Shown: piece after piece, positions 1 through 14,960 of the stretch
Layout of the letters: each line of letters opens with the position of its first letter
Position numbering within the stretch: position 1 is the stretch's first letter
Source: Octopus vulgaris
Lineage: Eukaryota
Assembly: GCA_951406725.2 (NCBI GenBank)
Contig: OX597817.1
Span: 107,880,001-107,944,000 of the forward strand
DNA length: 64,000 bases
Direction of reading: 5' to 3'
Translations under genes and position numbers: made by a program
The notes under the pieces: generated by a model
Databases searched by the model: none
What the model saw: the letters and a program-made list of their open reading frames with translations, nothing else
What the model was told of the DNA's origin: nothing

Positions 1-983
1 TGAAGTGCCTTTGATAACAGATCAGTTCTATCATGGTTGACGACGGGCTAAGCAACAGCAGTTTCAATAACACTCCCATGCTTATCTGCTTTTAGGACTT
101 CTGCTGTTTCATCTAAACTAGGAACCTTTTACATTTTTGATTCCTAGATGGCTTTTGCTATTTCTTCAATAGATGTTTAAAGTACAGTCATTTCCAACTC
201 CTGTTGGAGTTACGAATCAACAGAATTTCTTATTAAACTTAAACATATAGTCCTGTAATGTATTTTTATACTGACACCTATGGCATGTGCACTTATCATC
301 AAATACATAAAATAGCTGTACATGCCATAGGTATTAGCATAAAAACTACTGTGAAGAGCTATATAGTTTTAAGTTTGATAAAATCTATAAGTAAAAAAGG
401 GGCAGCCATCAGTGTCAGTATTTCTGGAGATGTGACCAGCGTCTTCATGACTTAGGCAATCATCAGAATATTCCTTCCACGAAACGCTTTGTTCCTGACT
501 GTCGAAACATTTCTTCCATCTTTCCAAGATGTTTATATCATATGATATTAGTTTCCCACGGGTAGTTGTTTAGAGCTCCATTGTAATTTTGTATATTATT
601 CCGTAGGTCTTCTGGCTCCTTTGCTGTCTCCTGCATTGGATAGTTAATTTATCCGCCTTATCAGTGTCCACTTACAAGAATCTTTTATCTCTTCTTAAAC
701 GCTTTTCCACTTCTTTGTTGAGACTCCTGTATTTAGCTATTTTCGCGTTAAGGTTAATCTTGTACAGTTACTCTTTTACTTGTTTCAGTCATTTGACTGC
801 GGCCATGCTGGAGCACAGCCTTTAGTTGAACAAATCGACCCCAGGACTTATTCTTTGTAAGCCTAGTACTTATTCTATCGGTCTGTTTTGCCGAACCGCT
901 AATTTACGGAAACGTAAACACACCAACATCGGTTGTCAAGCGATGTTGGGGACAAACACAGACACACAAACATATACACACAC

Positions 984-1039
<56 letters not shown>

Positions 1040-1470
1040 GACGGGCTTCTTTCAGTTTCCGTCTACCAAATCCACTCACAAGGTTTTGGTCGGCCCGAGG
1101 CTATGGTAGAAGACACTTGCCCAAGGTGCCACGCAGTGGGACTGAACCCGGAACCATGTGGTTGGTAAGCAAGCTACTTACCACACACAGCCATTTCTAC
1201 GCCTATGTTGAAAAATGAAAATTGCAATTTTTGGATATACGCTCGAGTCACTGGCACGCCACGAATATGATAACATATGATATTCGCTACAACTGCATGA
1301 CATTTTGCTCAGTATATTAAGGCAATGAATAACATAAAAGCTTCCCTTTTGAATATCAATATTTTCATGAACTTCATCATGAGTATGAACAAGAATTTGA
1401 GTAACTTTTAATATATACCAATGTTCCATAGCCTTCTGAAGTCTAAAGATTTCTAAAGGCACTGTTTCAA
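1..1470 (-). mobile_element. Highly degenerate RTE-type LINE fragment (endonuclease end/linker into RT start), interrupted by a SINE at 771-1204
   Basis: Hand translation of the minus strand gives KYRSLNKEVEKRLRRDKR, ILERWKKCF and SIEEIAKAI*..KVPSLDETAEVLKAD. These match LINE linker motifs and the pre-RT 'KAPGxDxIxAEVLK' motif; many stops. Confidence 0.6.
771..1204 (-). mobile_element. tRNA-derived SINE, most abundant family in the window (octopus OK/OR-like), with internal (TA)n
   Basis: Head GGCTGTGTGGTAAGTAGC..GGTTCAGTCCC (A/B boxes) and tail ..GACTGAAACAAGTAAAAGA; near-identical to copies at 13778, 27714 and 35510. Confidence 0.85.
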
Positions 1471-2319
1471 ATTGTTTTAAGTCACATAAATGAGATAAGG
1501 TGTAATGAGTAGAAAAAACAAACGTGTGATAGCTATTTTCTTTCTAATATACTCAACGAATTAAATGGGATGAACATTAAAATTGTTGAAGATCAATACA
1601 ATTCATACTAAACCAAAATGAGTTTAAATCCTTTTATCAGCAAATTGCATTTTACAAAAAGAAAAAGAAACAGAGCCTTAATAGATGAGATTCCACCGTT
1701 TCCAAAGGGCTCTGAAAGATATGGTAACCAGATTAAAAAACTCTGATGAAATGAAAATACTCTTAAGACCATAGATATGTCTGTTTCCAGCGCGTTTGTG
1801 TATTCAAATCTATTGGAAGAACTAATAAGTTTACAGAATCATTTTGAAGTTACATTGTTTCAACAAAATGAATATGAAGCATTCCGGCTAAGAATTTTAA
1901 GCTTTGGTAAGAAAATAAAATTACTACTTATTGTTTTTCTTTCGTCGCACTTAGTCGAAAAATGATTCAGTGCCGTGTAACAATTTTAACCAAGCAGTGA
2001 AAATGATTAAAAATAACTACAAGAAGAGACTTGCGACTTTGGCAGCAATTGAATCTAACGGTGAAAAATGATCAAACTATCGTCAAAGTCAGAGCACACA
2101 CTAAATTATATATAAACTTATAGATTGCTGTTTTGCATTATTTTTTGCTTTGCAGTTATGCTCATGTTCATTGTTTAAAAATAAATTCGTACCATTGTTA
2201 TTTTTTTTCGAATTATTTGTCAGGGCAAATACGTGGATGATAGTAACCTTCCATATGCAATAACAACAACAACTATAATAATAATAATAATAATAATAAT
2301 GATAAAAATGATGATGATG

Positions 2320-2377
<58 letters not shown>

Positions 2378-2549
2378 TAATAATAATAATAGTTTTATGA
2401 TTAATGAGCTATTTCCAGGCAAATTAACAAAGAGTGGGGCGTTAGTTTTCAAAATATTTTATAGGCTGCACAAAATGACAAAGGATCAAAGACAGCTGTT
2501 AAAGAGCGGTCTGTATGGCCGCAGTGCAATATATAAAAGCAGGTAAAGA

Positions 2550-3875
<1,326 letters not shown>

Positions 3876-3893
3876 CCATATATATATATATAT

Positions 3894-4195
3894 ATCACTG
3901 TGACCGACCAGGCTATCAGATGTTACTACACATCGCTGGTCACAATGCGCTTCGCATTGTTTTAGCCTTCAAATGACGCCACCCCGCTGGCTAAGCGAGC
4001 AGGCCCAGAGAAGAAAGAGGGAGAGAGAGTTATGGCGAAAGAGTACAGCAGGGATCGCCACCACCCCTGCCGGAGCCTTGTGGAACTTTAGGTGTTTTCG
4101 CTCAATAAACACTCACAACGCCCGGTCTGGGAATCGAAACCGCGATTCTACAACCGCGATGCCGCTGCTCTAACCACTGGGCCATTGCGCCTCCA
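3894..4195 (-). mobile_element. tRNA-derived SINE with RTE-derived 3' tail
   Basis: Head GGAGGCGCAATGGCCCAGTGGTTAG..GGTTTCGATTCCC; the tail shares TGACCGACCAG and CGCTGGTCACA with the adjacent RTE 3' end. Confidence 0.85.
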
Positions 4196-4221
4196 TATAT
4201 ATATATAAACACATACACACA

Positions 4222-4945
4222 CAGGGTACGGTGAACAAACTGTCGTCTAAATTACGCAAAAATGAAAATAACACTGACATCTCATTTTAACAGATATATT
4301 TACAAAAATTGCATAGAATATCTTGAAATACTAAAGAGTAAACTTATTCAATAAAATCGCCATTTGCTTCAATCTCCTGCAACTCTTCCGGATGATCTCC
4401 TTGTTTAAGTTGGTGTTACGCGGAGTTTTGTTGGTCTCTCGCTCAACAAGGGGGTTGTAGTCTGAAGAGTTAGGTGACCAGATGTTAGGAGTGATGTAAT
4501 TGCAGAAATTTTTAGACAGCCATAACTAGGTTCTCCTGCTTATGTGGCCTGGTGAAGAGTCTTGTTACCAGACACAGGGTCTTCCAGCAGCCACCCTCTT
4601 GAACCAGGGTAGCACTACCTCCTCCAGGCACATATGTAGGACTCCTTGTTGAGTCTGAGGGCATGTAGGAAGATGAATGGAGGCATAACGTCCTCAGATT
4701 GCACTGTCCTCAGATTGACACCCAAACACTCTCAAATGTTCGTAATGGAGCTTCCAGCGCGAATGCCAAGCAGTAGAGCATGTCGTTTCCAAATTTCTGG
4801 CAGAGTGAATTGCGTCATGGTGTGGTTTTCCTCACAGACGGTGCCCAACTGACCCTACCATACTGCTGGTTGATAAAATCAAAAACAAGTAATGCGCATA
4901 CTCTAAATTAAAAATATAAAATGGCGATAATTTACCCGCACATAT
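4222..4945 (-). mobile_element. Degenerate maT/DD37D-like Tc1/mariner remnant
   Basis: CAGGGT.. terminus next to a TA/CA tract; minus-strand ITPNIWSPNSSDYNPL motif similar to the element at 62.6-63.7 kb. Confidence 0.6.
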
Positions 4946-5459
4946 ATGTACATACACAACACACACATACATGCGCACACACATACGTACACACGCACAC
5001 ACATACATACACACGCACACACAATCATGCGCACACACGCACAGGAATGCACACATACCTAACACACACAACCTCGCGTACACACCCCTACGCACACGAA
5101 CATACGCACATTCACACGCACAAATACATGCACATACATAGCTATACGCACACATAGACACACACGCACACACATGCACACACACATACACATGCACACA
5201 CATACACACAAATGCACGCGCACAGGAACGCACACATATCTCCCGAACACACAAAAACATACATATACACATACAATTACACACACGGGCATTCGCGCGC
5301 ATACGCGCGCACACACACACGTACGCACACGCACGCACACATACAGACGCAAGCATACACACACACACACACACACGCAAAACATATAAATACACGCACA
5401 CATACATACACACGCACACACATACTTCAAACTGCCAGTCAAACACCTTTCTACTGACC

Positions 5460-5493
<34 letters not shown>

Positions 5494-5495
<2 letters not shown>

Positions 5496-6975
5496 CTGCA
5501 TTTAAAATTATTAACGACGTAAAATTAAAAAAAAAAAATTATTTGAAAACTACTCGTTAGAACTGAACGAAATTTTTACAGAATGATGACAACAGTTATA
5601 TGTGCGTGGTGTGTAAAAAACATGAGATTCCACAAATAACACAGAAACTACAGCCATTTACTAAATTTACGTAAACTTTCACTGTTTCAAATTATTAACA
5701 AGCTGTAATTAAAACGCATGTACACTAGAAAATACTAATTTAATTTGGTGTAATACTGAAATGAACACATACAATCATAAATATGGAAGGAATAGAAATA
5801 ATCAAATAAACAGAGTTAAAAAATTATAGTTGAGCTTTTGTTTGAAATTAGTTGGAAAAGATGCTGGTCCATGGAACATGCTAATTTTTGGATCTCTTCT
5901 GATGTTATACCACGTTATACATCCACTAGTGTCTGCCAAACTTCATCCTGGCTCATAAATTGGCGTCCATTCTCGTAAACTCGTCGCTTTAGAATACTCC
6001 ACAAGTTTCCTAGTAAGTTGAAGTCGGGGTAACAGGCAAGCCATTTCATCATCCGAAGTTCACAGAAGCTTAAGTGTTGCAATTACTCTGTAGTTTTCTT
6101 TGCTGAGTGCGAGTCGCATTATCTTGCATTAATATTATGGTTATCTTGCATTAATATTATGGTTGTCTTGAAGTGCTCCATCAGTAAGGCTATGTAGGCA
6201 TCTGCAGTCATTTTAACGCCTTCTGGTAATTTCCAAGGACCAACCATAATACCTCCAATCATGATGCCTCCTCCCGCTTGTTGACGTTTCAAGCATTGAT
6301 GACGATCTCGTCCATTTACAGCTCATCCCTTGCTCCAACCATCGGGTCCATCAAGTGTAGCACGAGTTTCGTCCGTAAACATTTTTGAAAAGTCAACCTT
6401 CATGCTATCTTCTTCCCAATTCAGACGATTTTGTACGTGCATTTTGTTTAAAGGAAGTCTTTTTACCGACCTATTTCAGACGACGAAATCAGGTAGTTCT
6501 GGACTTTATTGTTTCGCCAATGCATTTGAAAAGTTCTCCACTTCTAAGACCTGGATTCTTTACAGCTACACGCTTAATTCGTGACAGAGAACGTTGAGAA
6601 ACAGCCCGCGACTGACCTTCTCTTACGTATCTTCGTAGGAGATGTAACAAATATTTTCACAGTTTAATGATAACTTTCAATTATTTGACATATTTCTAAT
6701 GTTGATTTACCTTTTGCAGGTTCAGAAGTAATAACAAATTCCTCTGAAGCAGTTAAGTCACATTTACGACCTATAATTACACTATTATCAGACCACTCAT
6801 TCATAATTTGGAACAGTGGAGTTCGTAGAAATCATGCAAATAGTCCCAGTTTGTTTACACGTTCGCAAAATCTCACACCACGCGCATATAATTGTTGCCA
6901 TCATTCTGTGTAAATTTCATTGAATTCCAACGAGTAGTTTTTAAATATATAAAAAAAACGTTAATAATTTGAAAC

Positions 6976-6983
<8 letters not shown>
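5494..6983 (-). mobile_element. Tc1-family DNA transposon with long TIRs and decayed transposase
   Basis: TIR TA-C..GCATTTAAAATTATTAACG vs CGTTAATAATTTGAAACGCATTG-TA; inner arms 5546-5614 vs 6873-6941 are reverse complements; minus-strand FTDETRATLDGPDGWSKG and RQQAGGGIM motifs. Confidence 0.85.
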
Positions 6984-7050
<67 letters not shown>

Positions 7051-7055
<5 letters not shown>

Positions 7056-7522
7056 TAGGTAACTAAAAAATTACAATTGATATTCAACTGCAAGGTAACT
7101 AGACAAACCGTGGTTTATATATATTTAAAGAAGATAAGAAAATAGGGAGATAATTAATAAATAATTATTTATTAATTAAAGAAATCGACAACATCTCTGA
7201 CAGCTGTTTCAGTTCCAGACCTTTAGAAATTTATTAACAAAATTAAAACCATTTAAAAGTCGAATCTCATCAGAGTTAGCTAAAGATATACAAACTAGGT
7301 GTTCAACTCCTGCATGTTGAGTAACGGCTGGAAATCGTAACGGGAATTGAACACATAATATGTAAATCTTTAGCTAACTTTGATGAAATTCGACTTTTAA
7401 ATGGTTTTAATTTTGTTAATTAATTTCTAAAGGTCTGGAATTGAAGCAGCTGTCAGAGATGTCAAATTTTTTTAATTAATAAATAATTATTTATCAGTCA
7501 TCTCTATATTTTCTTTTATCTT
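7051..7522. repeat. Inverted-repeat cassette (arms ~7130-7290 / 7366-7522) next to (TA)n; Penelope pLTR-like
   Basis: The arms are imperfect reverse complements and each contains an HHR-like core. Confidence 0.8.
7192..7281 (-). ncRNA. Type I hammerhead-like motif with extended stem II (degenerate stem I)
   Basis: Minus strand: CTGATGA-(GACTTTTA/TAAAGGTC arm)-GAAA-CAGCTG-TC; a decayed copy lies on + at ~7375-7460. Confidence 0.55.
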
Positions 7523-7639
7523 GTGTGTGTGTGCGTGTGTGTGTGTGTGTGTGCGTTTATGTTTGTGTTTGTCTCCCATCACAACTTAACAACCGGTTTT
7601 GGTGTGATTACGTCTTCGCAAGTGAAGCCATTAATAGAT

Positions 7640-7685
<46 letters not shown>

Positions 7686-7706
7686 CGTACAAACATACAT
7701 ACATGC

Positions 7707-7821
<115 letters not shown>

Positions 7822-9099
7822 GGTCATAAATAAATAATATATATATATATATATATATATACGTGCACACATACGCAAGCCCACATACAAACACACACTG
7901 TGGTGTATCTATAAACACGTGCACATTCACTAACACATATTCACATATTTACGTAATAGAAATCTTTTGTTCGGTTTTCGGTGACAACTCTTGACAATAA
8001 CAGTATTTGTCTGTGTTTTTACCCCCTGAAAACAACTCCTCACGTGTGAATACTGTTTACGAGGTCTGATTGCAGATTCATTCCAATGAAAAATCGCAAT
8101 TGGACCTCAACAAGGATTATCTTTCAAGAAAGTGTCTTTCCTGTGTGTTATTCTAGATGCTTGTCAATCTTCTAATTACACTCAAATATAGCAGATTGAA
8201 CAAAAAAGTCAGTTGTCTTCTTTTAGATTTCTATGATAATCAACCCCCATATCATGTTCGATATGACCAATAAACCAGACACTAGTGGAATACTTTCACC
8301 AAGCGGCTGAAACTTATTCTTCTTTATTTCATTCTTTACCAATCTAGGATGATTTCGTCGTTTCGCCACGCCATAGATATTTATAGTTATTTCTGTACTC
8401 ACAAACGTTTCACCACCTACGCAATCATGAATGCTGTCATTGTTTAGCTCCAAGTCAGCTCTGATGAAGCAGATGTATGATTGAAAGTGCTCAAGCCGTG
8501 CCCAGCCTGTCTTGTATCTCCAACTCTAGATTATTCAGTGTGACTTCTTTTTTTTTTAAGATGGCAGAGTATGATTCTGTGGGCGATATATATATACGTA
8601 TATATATATATATATACGGAGCTACTACCTAAATATAGAACCCATAGAGGGCACACGTAATCATTTGATTATTGTTGTTTATGTCCAGGTCAGCCTGATA
8701 GGGCAGATCTAAGATTAAAGTATTCCATCCACGACCATCACGTCTTGGATTACGCTACTTAATGTGTATGTAATTTTTTTTAAAACGGCAGAGTGTAAGT
8801 TGATTGAAATTTGGCTGCTATTTGTGCCGGATACAGCGATCATGTAGATTCAACGTAATCAGTGAAAGTGTTAGAAATGGCAGTCAAATCTCCATTGCAG
8901 AGGCTGCCACGTTGCTTGGTAAACGAAACATATGTAATCAATTCATTAAAGGCTCGGTTGTAAATCTATAATGAATAACATATAAAAGTTGCAAATTTAG
9001 CTTCACCATGAAATACTCCTTTTTATCTAAATCCAAATAAAATACTGATAGATGTTATATCAATACATGATGTAATATCATCCTCTCATTTGTATATAA

Positions 9100-9240
9100 A
9101 GGCTGTGAAGTGTCAGAATCGTTAGCATGTCGGGCAAAATGCTCAACGGCATTTCGTTCCTTTTTACATTCTGAGTTCAAATTCTGCTGTGGTCGACTTT
9201 GTCTTTCATCTATCGGGGTCGATAAGTTAAGTACCAATCA
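9100..9240 (+). mobile_element. SINE 5' fragment with Meta-domain-like core
   Basis: GGTCGACTTTGTCTTTCATC..GGGGTCGATAAGTTAAGTACC; same family as 23755-24130. Confidence 0.7.
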
Positions 9241-9246
9241 AACAGT

Positions 9247-9526
9247 ACCTTTTATCAATTCAAAATGAACAATTAAATTACATCATCTAGAAAATTACAT
9301 ATAATAGAAATATTAAAATTAAAATAACAATAAAATACCAATGATTAAGTAAATTGCAAAAAAATAATAAAAACGTATATAATTGGTAGAATAAATACGC
9401 TTTTATTATTTTTTTGCAATTTACTTTATCATTGGTATTTTATTGTTATTTTAATTTTAATATCTCTATTTTATGTAATTTTCTAGATGGTGTAATTTAA
9501 TTGTTCATTTTGAATTGATAAAAGGT
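9247..9526. repeat. AT-rich inverted repeat (~130-bp arms, ~16-bp spacer) followed by a short tail and (TA)n
   Basis: 9247-9378 is a near reverse complement of 9395-9526. Confidence 0.85.
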
Positions 9527-9653
9527 GTTTTTTTCTAATTTTATATATATATTATATTGTGTGAAATTTGATTTAGTATTTCTAAATTGAATTTTTTTCC
9601 CTGTAAGTTAGGATTAATATTCCCTCAAATAATAATTATACATATATATATAT

Positions 9654-9684
<31 letters not shown>

Positions 9685-10473
9685 CTCCCACACACACTCG
9701 CACATACGCACACACACACACGCCCACCCGCACACGCCCGCACACAAAACTCCACACGCTTGGCTACACCAATGCATCTACACACACTCCAGCTCACACC
9801 TCTCTTTCTTCCACTCACACATGTGCGCGCGCACACACACGAATACACACATACACACACACGTGCGCACACACACACACACACAGCACACACACACACA
9901 ACACACTCACACACAACACACGCACATATGCACACATATACACGCACGTACATACACTTCCACATACACAGAGATACACACACATACCCACACGTACAAT
10001 CGTAGGTACACATACATACACACACACGCACACACACACACACAACACACACACACACACATATATATGTAGACGCAGGAGTGGCTGTGTGGTAAGTAGC
10101 TTGCTTACCTGGCGGAGTATACGGGCACAAGCGATGTTGGGGAGAATAGTGACAAAAGCCTCAGTGTTATAATATTTATTGTATAATGTTAAATGTTTAT
10201 TGCATGTTATTGTGTTTAAAAGGCTTAACGACCCAATTCTTAAATGGACTATTAGTCCAAACATTGTAAAACTGAAGTAAGAAGTTCACAACCTCGTTTT
10301 GTCTTTTTCTGTGAAAAAAAGAAGAGAATAATATTTTAGAGAAGCAAAAAATCGGCGGGCGTTTTTGTCTTCTCCCATTAATATCATCCTTTTCATCATT
10401 CACTTCATTAATGTCTTTGTCCAGCCCGCAACCTACTCTGTATCATGCCTTTATGGCAAAATTTCTGAAATAA

Positions 10474-10800
10474 AGTAGCTTGCTTACTAACCGCATGGTT
10501 CTGGGTTCAGTACCACTGCCTGGCACCATGGGCAAGTGTCTTCTACTATAGCATCGGGCCGACCAAAGTCTTGTGAGTGGATTTGGTAGATGGAAACTGG
10601 AAGAAGCCCATCATGCATATATATTTATATTGACAACCGATGCTTGTGTGTTTATGTCCCCGTAACTTAGCGGTTCGGCTAAAAAAAGAGACCGATAGAA
10701 TAAGTACTAGGCTTACAATAAGTCCTGGGGTCGATTTGCTCGACTAAAGGCGGTGCTCCAGCATGGCCACATTCAAATGACTGAAACAAGTAAAAGAATA
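10474..10800 (+). mobile_element. OK/OR-like SINE copy
   Basis: Same head, body and tail as 771-1204. Confidence 0.8.
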
Positions 10801-10813
10801 TAAGAATATATTA

Positions 10814-10845
<32 letters not shown>

Positions 10846-11044
10846 TGATAGACATAGAGAGAGAGACACAAACACACTCATACGCACGTACACATACAGA
10901 CAGACACACACATACTGACCATCTACACACTCTCCTGTCCCCCAAATCCAGCTTCTCTATCTCTTTCCATTTCCGGTCACTTCAGAAATGTAACCACACG
11001 CAGACCAATGGCGATGCTCCTTCTTCTTTGGACTTTCCCCTTTC

Positions 11045-11085
11045 TTCTTTTGGACGAAGAGTCATGCTCGAAACGTTGAAATTCT
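11045..11085 (+). ncRNA. Degenerate minimal hammerhead in a Penelope-like 3' UTR remnant
   Basis: (TG)GACGAA-GAGT cat GCTC-GAAACGTT-GAAA: stem II and palindromic AACGTT stem III are intact, C3/U4 are mutated. A similar decayed motif is on the minus strand at ~49970-50005. Confidence 0.4.
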
Positions 11086-11199
11086 CTCCTTTCACCGAAC
11101 GTCAAGCTAATATAATTCTTGTGCACGTCCTTACGTTTGCTTTTTTTTTCTCTTTTCGTTTTTATTCGCTTTTTGAATTGTTTATTTGTTGAATTGACT

Positions 11200-11258
<59 letters not shown>

Positions 11259-11459
11259 GTGTGTGTATGTGTGTGTGAGTATATATATATATATATATAT
11301 ATATACTCACACACACATACACACCACACAGTGAAAACACTGGATATTATAGATCGGGGTAAAATATGTATGAAGAACATTATGGAAAGTCATGGCTGGA
11401 ATGCTTTTGATTACAGGTCTGTTCGATCGGGGATTGTGTGCTACACGACTATGTTGTTG

Positions 11460-11765
11460 TTGTTTGTTCCTTCTCGAGCCATACCTGGCTCATAAGGGCC
11501 GGTTTCCCGGTTTCATTGACGTATAGGGTCCCCACCTGGACGGGACGCCGGTCCGTCACAGGTTACCTGTTAGATGCAGGAGGAAAGAGTAAGGAAAAGT
11601 TGTGGCGAAAGAGTCAGCAGAAGTTCGCCATTACCTTCTGCCGGAGCCGCATGGAGCTTTGGTGTTTCGCTCATAAACATACACACATCGCCCGGTCTGA
11701 GATTGGAACCCGTGATTCTTCGACCGCGAGTTCGCTACTCTAACCACTAGGCCATGTACCTCCAC
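11460..11765 (-). mobile_element. tRNA-head SINE (head family of 3894-4195) with a different body/tail ending in (CAA)n
   Basis: Shared head and 'AAAGTTGTGGCGAAAGAGT..CAG' body; the tail region CTGGACGGGACGCCGGTCCGTCACAGG resembles the V-domain motif. Confidence 0.75.
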
Positions 11766-13070
11766 ACTACACGACCATAATTCTCTATAGTTGTTGAGAA
11801 GGAAAAAAAAAAACGTCCCAATAAAGGTGGCCACGTGTCAATAGTTCTCTCTACGTACTCTCGCATAAAACGCTTTAGAATAACAACAGTAGATAACCAC
11901 GAGTGAAAGCAACAGGAGGTAGTATAAAGAAGTCAGAGAAGACCTAAGTGTCTAACATTATCAGTGCAGTATATGAGATAAAGTATAATTTATTCTTGCT
12001 AAATCTTATATATAATATCAAGTCAGATGGTTGTAATCAGTGAGTCGTACACAACCGGCTCAGTAAAAGGTGGGGGCCTAACTGGAAAAACTTCTGTTTG
12101 ACGGGAAAACGAGGCGCTCACTTGGTTAACAACATCAAAACAACTGTTAAAGAGTGTTAACTTGAAAAAGCATAGAAAAAATAAGCTAAACTACTAAACA
12201 TACTTTTGCTAATGAAAAGATGTATGTCATGTGAATAATGCAAATATAATGATGCACCTTACAATACGAAAAAAATCTACGAAAAATTGTAAAGAGCTGT
12301 ATTTGTGATATAGTTCTCATATGTGCGTGAATCTTGTGTATTGTGCTCATTAATAATATTCAAGTTAAATTGTTTGATCTTCAATGCTTTAAAAGAGCAA
12401 TGAACCGCGTTTTACATTGTTTCAATATTGTGTAGCTTGAATCAGGTAACTTTTAAAATAGTTAAATTAAAAGTAATAATAAAATTTAAACGGCATTGTA
12501 AATTTACGTTATTAGTAGCTTCTGAATTGGGTAGAAGGATAGCAATTTTGAGGGAATGGGGTTGTTGATATCAATCTCGTACTTTATTTTATCGACCTCT
12601 GAAAAGATGAAAGCAAATTTAACTTGGGCGGGATTTGAACTCAAAATATCAACAACCGGAAGAAATACCGCAAGGCATTTTTTTCTACGATGCGCTAACG
12701 ATTGTGCCAGCTTTCCATCCTAACACGCGCTAATAATACAAGCAATGTTGTCAAGGTATGTATTAACGTGCGAAATATCACTTTTCATCACGTTATTCTT
12801 TTGCCTCATTTGTGCTCTTAGCTTTTCAATAGATCAGTTAAGTTTACTAATTACTCGAACAATTACGTCTGGCAATTTCGACAATTGATTACTTACTTTC
12901 TGTGAAGAGGGAAACATTTTGTACCAGTGGATAAATACAACTCTTCACTTCAAGTAGAGCCAAACTTCCAATAATCAGTGTCCAGTATGGCGAAGTTTTG
13001 AGTTAAGATCTGGTTTTCCTATCTTAGTATATAATGTTAGGAAAGACTGTAGTTTAATTTATAACAAAAC

Positions 13071-13420
13071 TACGAGTGTGGGCTGAAAAGTTTACAGGCT
13101 GACTATGAGTGAGTGCATGAACTGCAAATCTTGCAGGAATTAATTTCAACATTTCTTATCAATAACTGCATTGTTTCTTTCCAGTTAAACTGAAATCTCA
13201 CTGTTCAAAGAAAAATTCAAAGTAACTAGTGGCCATTTCTCTTGAAAATCGACAAAATGTTGCATCACTGTGTTATCAATGAGTACATGCAGAAAAAGTA
13301 TTTTGCCTCGAATGACATTCATGCAGACATGGTTGCTACATTAGGGGACGATACTCCAGCTTTATCAACAGTGCAAAAGGAGCAGCTGGATTTAGGAGGG
13401 TAAGGGAGAACCTTGAAGAT
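13071..13420 (+). mobile_element. mariner 5' fragment
   Basis: TACGAG..GGGCTGAAAAGTT terminus; DIHADMVATLGDDTPALSTVQK mariner N-terminal helix-turn-helix-like peptide. Confidence 0.55.
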
Positions 13421-13777
13421 GTAATAACATACAAAGTTGGCTATCCATGCACCAAGCAAACACTGTCGAAGCACCTAACATTTGCCAGCCTTTGATTAAC
13501 ACTGCCGTTACTTCCCGCAAGCGAAAGTTGCTATCGTTTGCCCAAAGGTAACTCTGAATAAGAAAACCTATGGCACTTACGAACTCGTTTTTCATTACTT
13601 GCTTTCCAGCTGTGACCACTCGATGTGTTTCTTTTTTTAATCCAGTGTGACTTTCATTTATAAGACGGTAACATGGGATGTGGGAGAGATCTTAGAGATT
13701 TGGCTATTAATTCGTTAACCAAGTGAATTTTCTTAGGGGCCCACATGGCCCCTAAGAAAATTCATAGTGAAAGTGCT

Positions 13778-14173
13778 GCGCAGGAGTGGCTGTGTGGTAA
13801 GTAGCTTGCTTACCAACCACATGGCTCTGGGTTCAGTCCCACTGCGTAGCACCTTGGGCAAGTGTCTTCTGCTATAGCTTCGGGTCGACCAAAGCCTTGT
13901 GAGTGGATTTTGTAGACGGAAACTGAAAGAAGCCCGTCGTATATATGTATGTATGTGTGTGTGTGTATATGTTTGTGTGTCTGTATTTGTCCCCACAACA
14001 TCGCTTGACAACCGATGCTGGTGTGTTTACGTCCCCGTAACTTAGCGGTTCGGCAAAAAAGACCGATAGAATAAGTACTAGGCTTACAAAGAATAAATCC
14101 TGGGGTCGATTAGCTCGACTAAAGGCGGTGCTCCAGCATGGCCGCAGTCAAATGACTGAAACAAGTAAAAAGA
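13778..14173 (+). mobile_element. Full-length OK/OR-like SINE inserted in the Tigger transposase 5' end
   Basis: Complete head-to-tail copy; transposase sequence resumes at ~14175. Confidence 0.9.
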
Positions 14174-14734
14174 GAGTGTCATGCCATAACGCTGGAAGAT
14201 AAACTGGCTATAATAAACGTCATGAAAAAAGTGAAAAAGTGGTAGCAATTGCACGATCTTATGGGATAAGTCAGACAACTGTATCGACTATTGTACATAA
14301 TAAGAATAAAATTTTAGCACATATCAAATCCGAAGCCCCAGGGATGAAGAACACTGTCATCAATAAGAAAAGAGGTAAAATCTTTGAAGAAATGGAAAGT
14401 CTTCTTTCTCTTTGGATTGTTAGGTTGAATCGTCAGCGTGATACTATTAGTCAAGAAATCATTCAAGAGAAAGCACTGTCTTTGTTTGAGGATCTGAAGG
14501 AAAAATATCAATATAAGAAAGATGTAGAGTTCAAGGTAAGTCAAGGGTGGCCCATGAGATTTAAGGAGTGACGAAATTATCACTCCATTAAGAAGCAAAG
14601 TGAAAGTTCATCAGCTGACGGACAAGCAGCAGCGTTAATGCATTAAAGACAATCATCGAAGAAAACGGATTTCTTCCTCCAACAGATTTTTAACGTAGAC
14701 AAAACTAGATTGTATTGGAAAAAATTGCCAAACC

Positions 14735-14960
14735 TATTTCTTTACTACCCACAAGGGGCTAAACACAGAGAGGACAAACAAGGACAGACAAACGGATTAA
14801 ATCGATTATATTGATCCCAGTGTGTAACTGGTACTTATTTAATCGACCCCGAAAGGATGAAAGGCAAAGTCGACCCCGGCGGAATTTGAACTCAGAACGT
14901 AACGGTAGACAAAATGCGGCTACGCATTTCGCCCGGCATGCTAACGTTTCTGCCAGCTTG
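14735..14960 (-). mobile_element. Meta-domain-like SINE inserted in the Tigger transposase with a 10-bp TSD
   Basis: TTGCCAAACC duplicated at 14725-14734 and 14958-14967; the reading frame WKKLPN|RSF rejoins across it. Confidence 0.9.

Noticed and set aside
1740-1765. CTGATGA..GAAA hammerhead-like words
   Set aside because: Only 3 nt between the motifs (no stem II) and no stem I.
4120-4195. tRNA-like A/B boxes
   Set aside because: SINE head without a full cloverleaf, continuous with the SINE body; the same applies to the other SINE heads.
8455-8500. CTGATGAAGCAG..GAAAG motif
   Set aside because: Stems I-III cannot be formed; it appears to be part of a different dispersed repeat.
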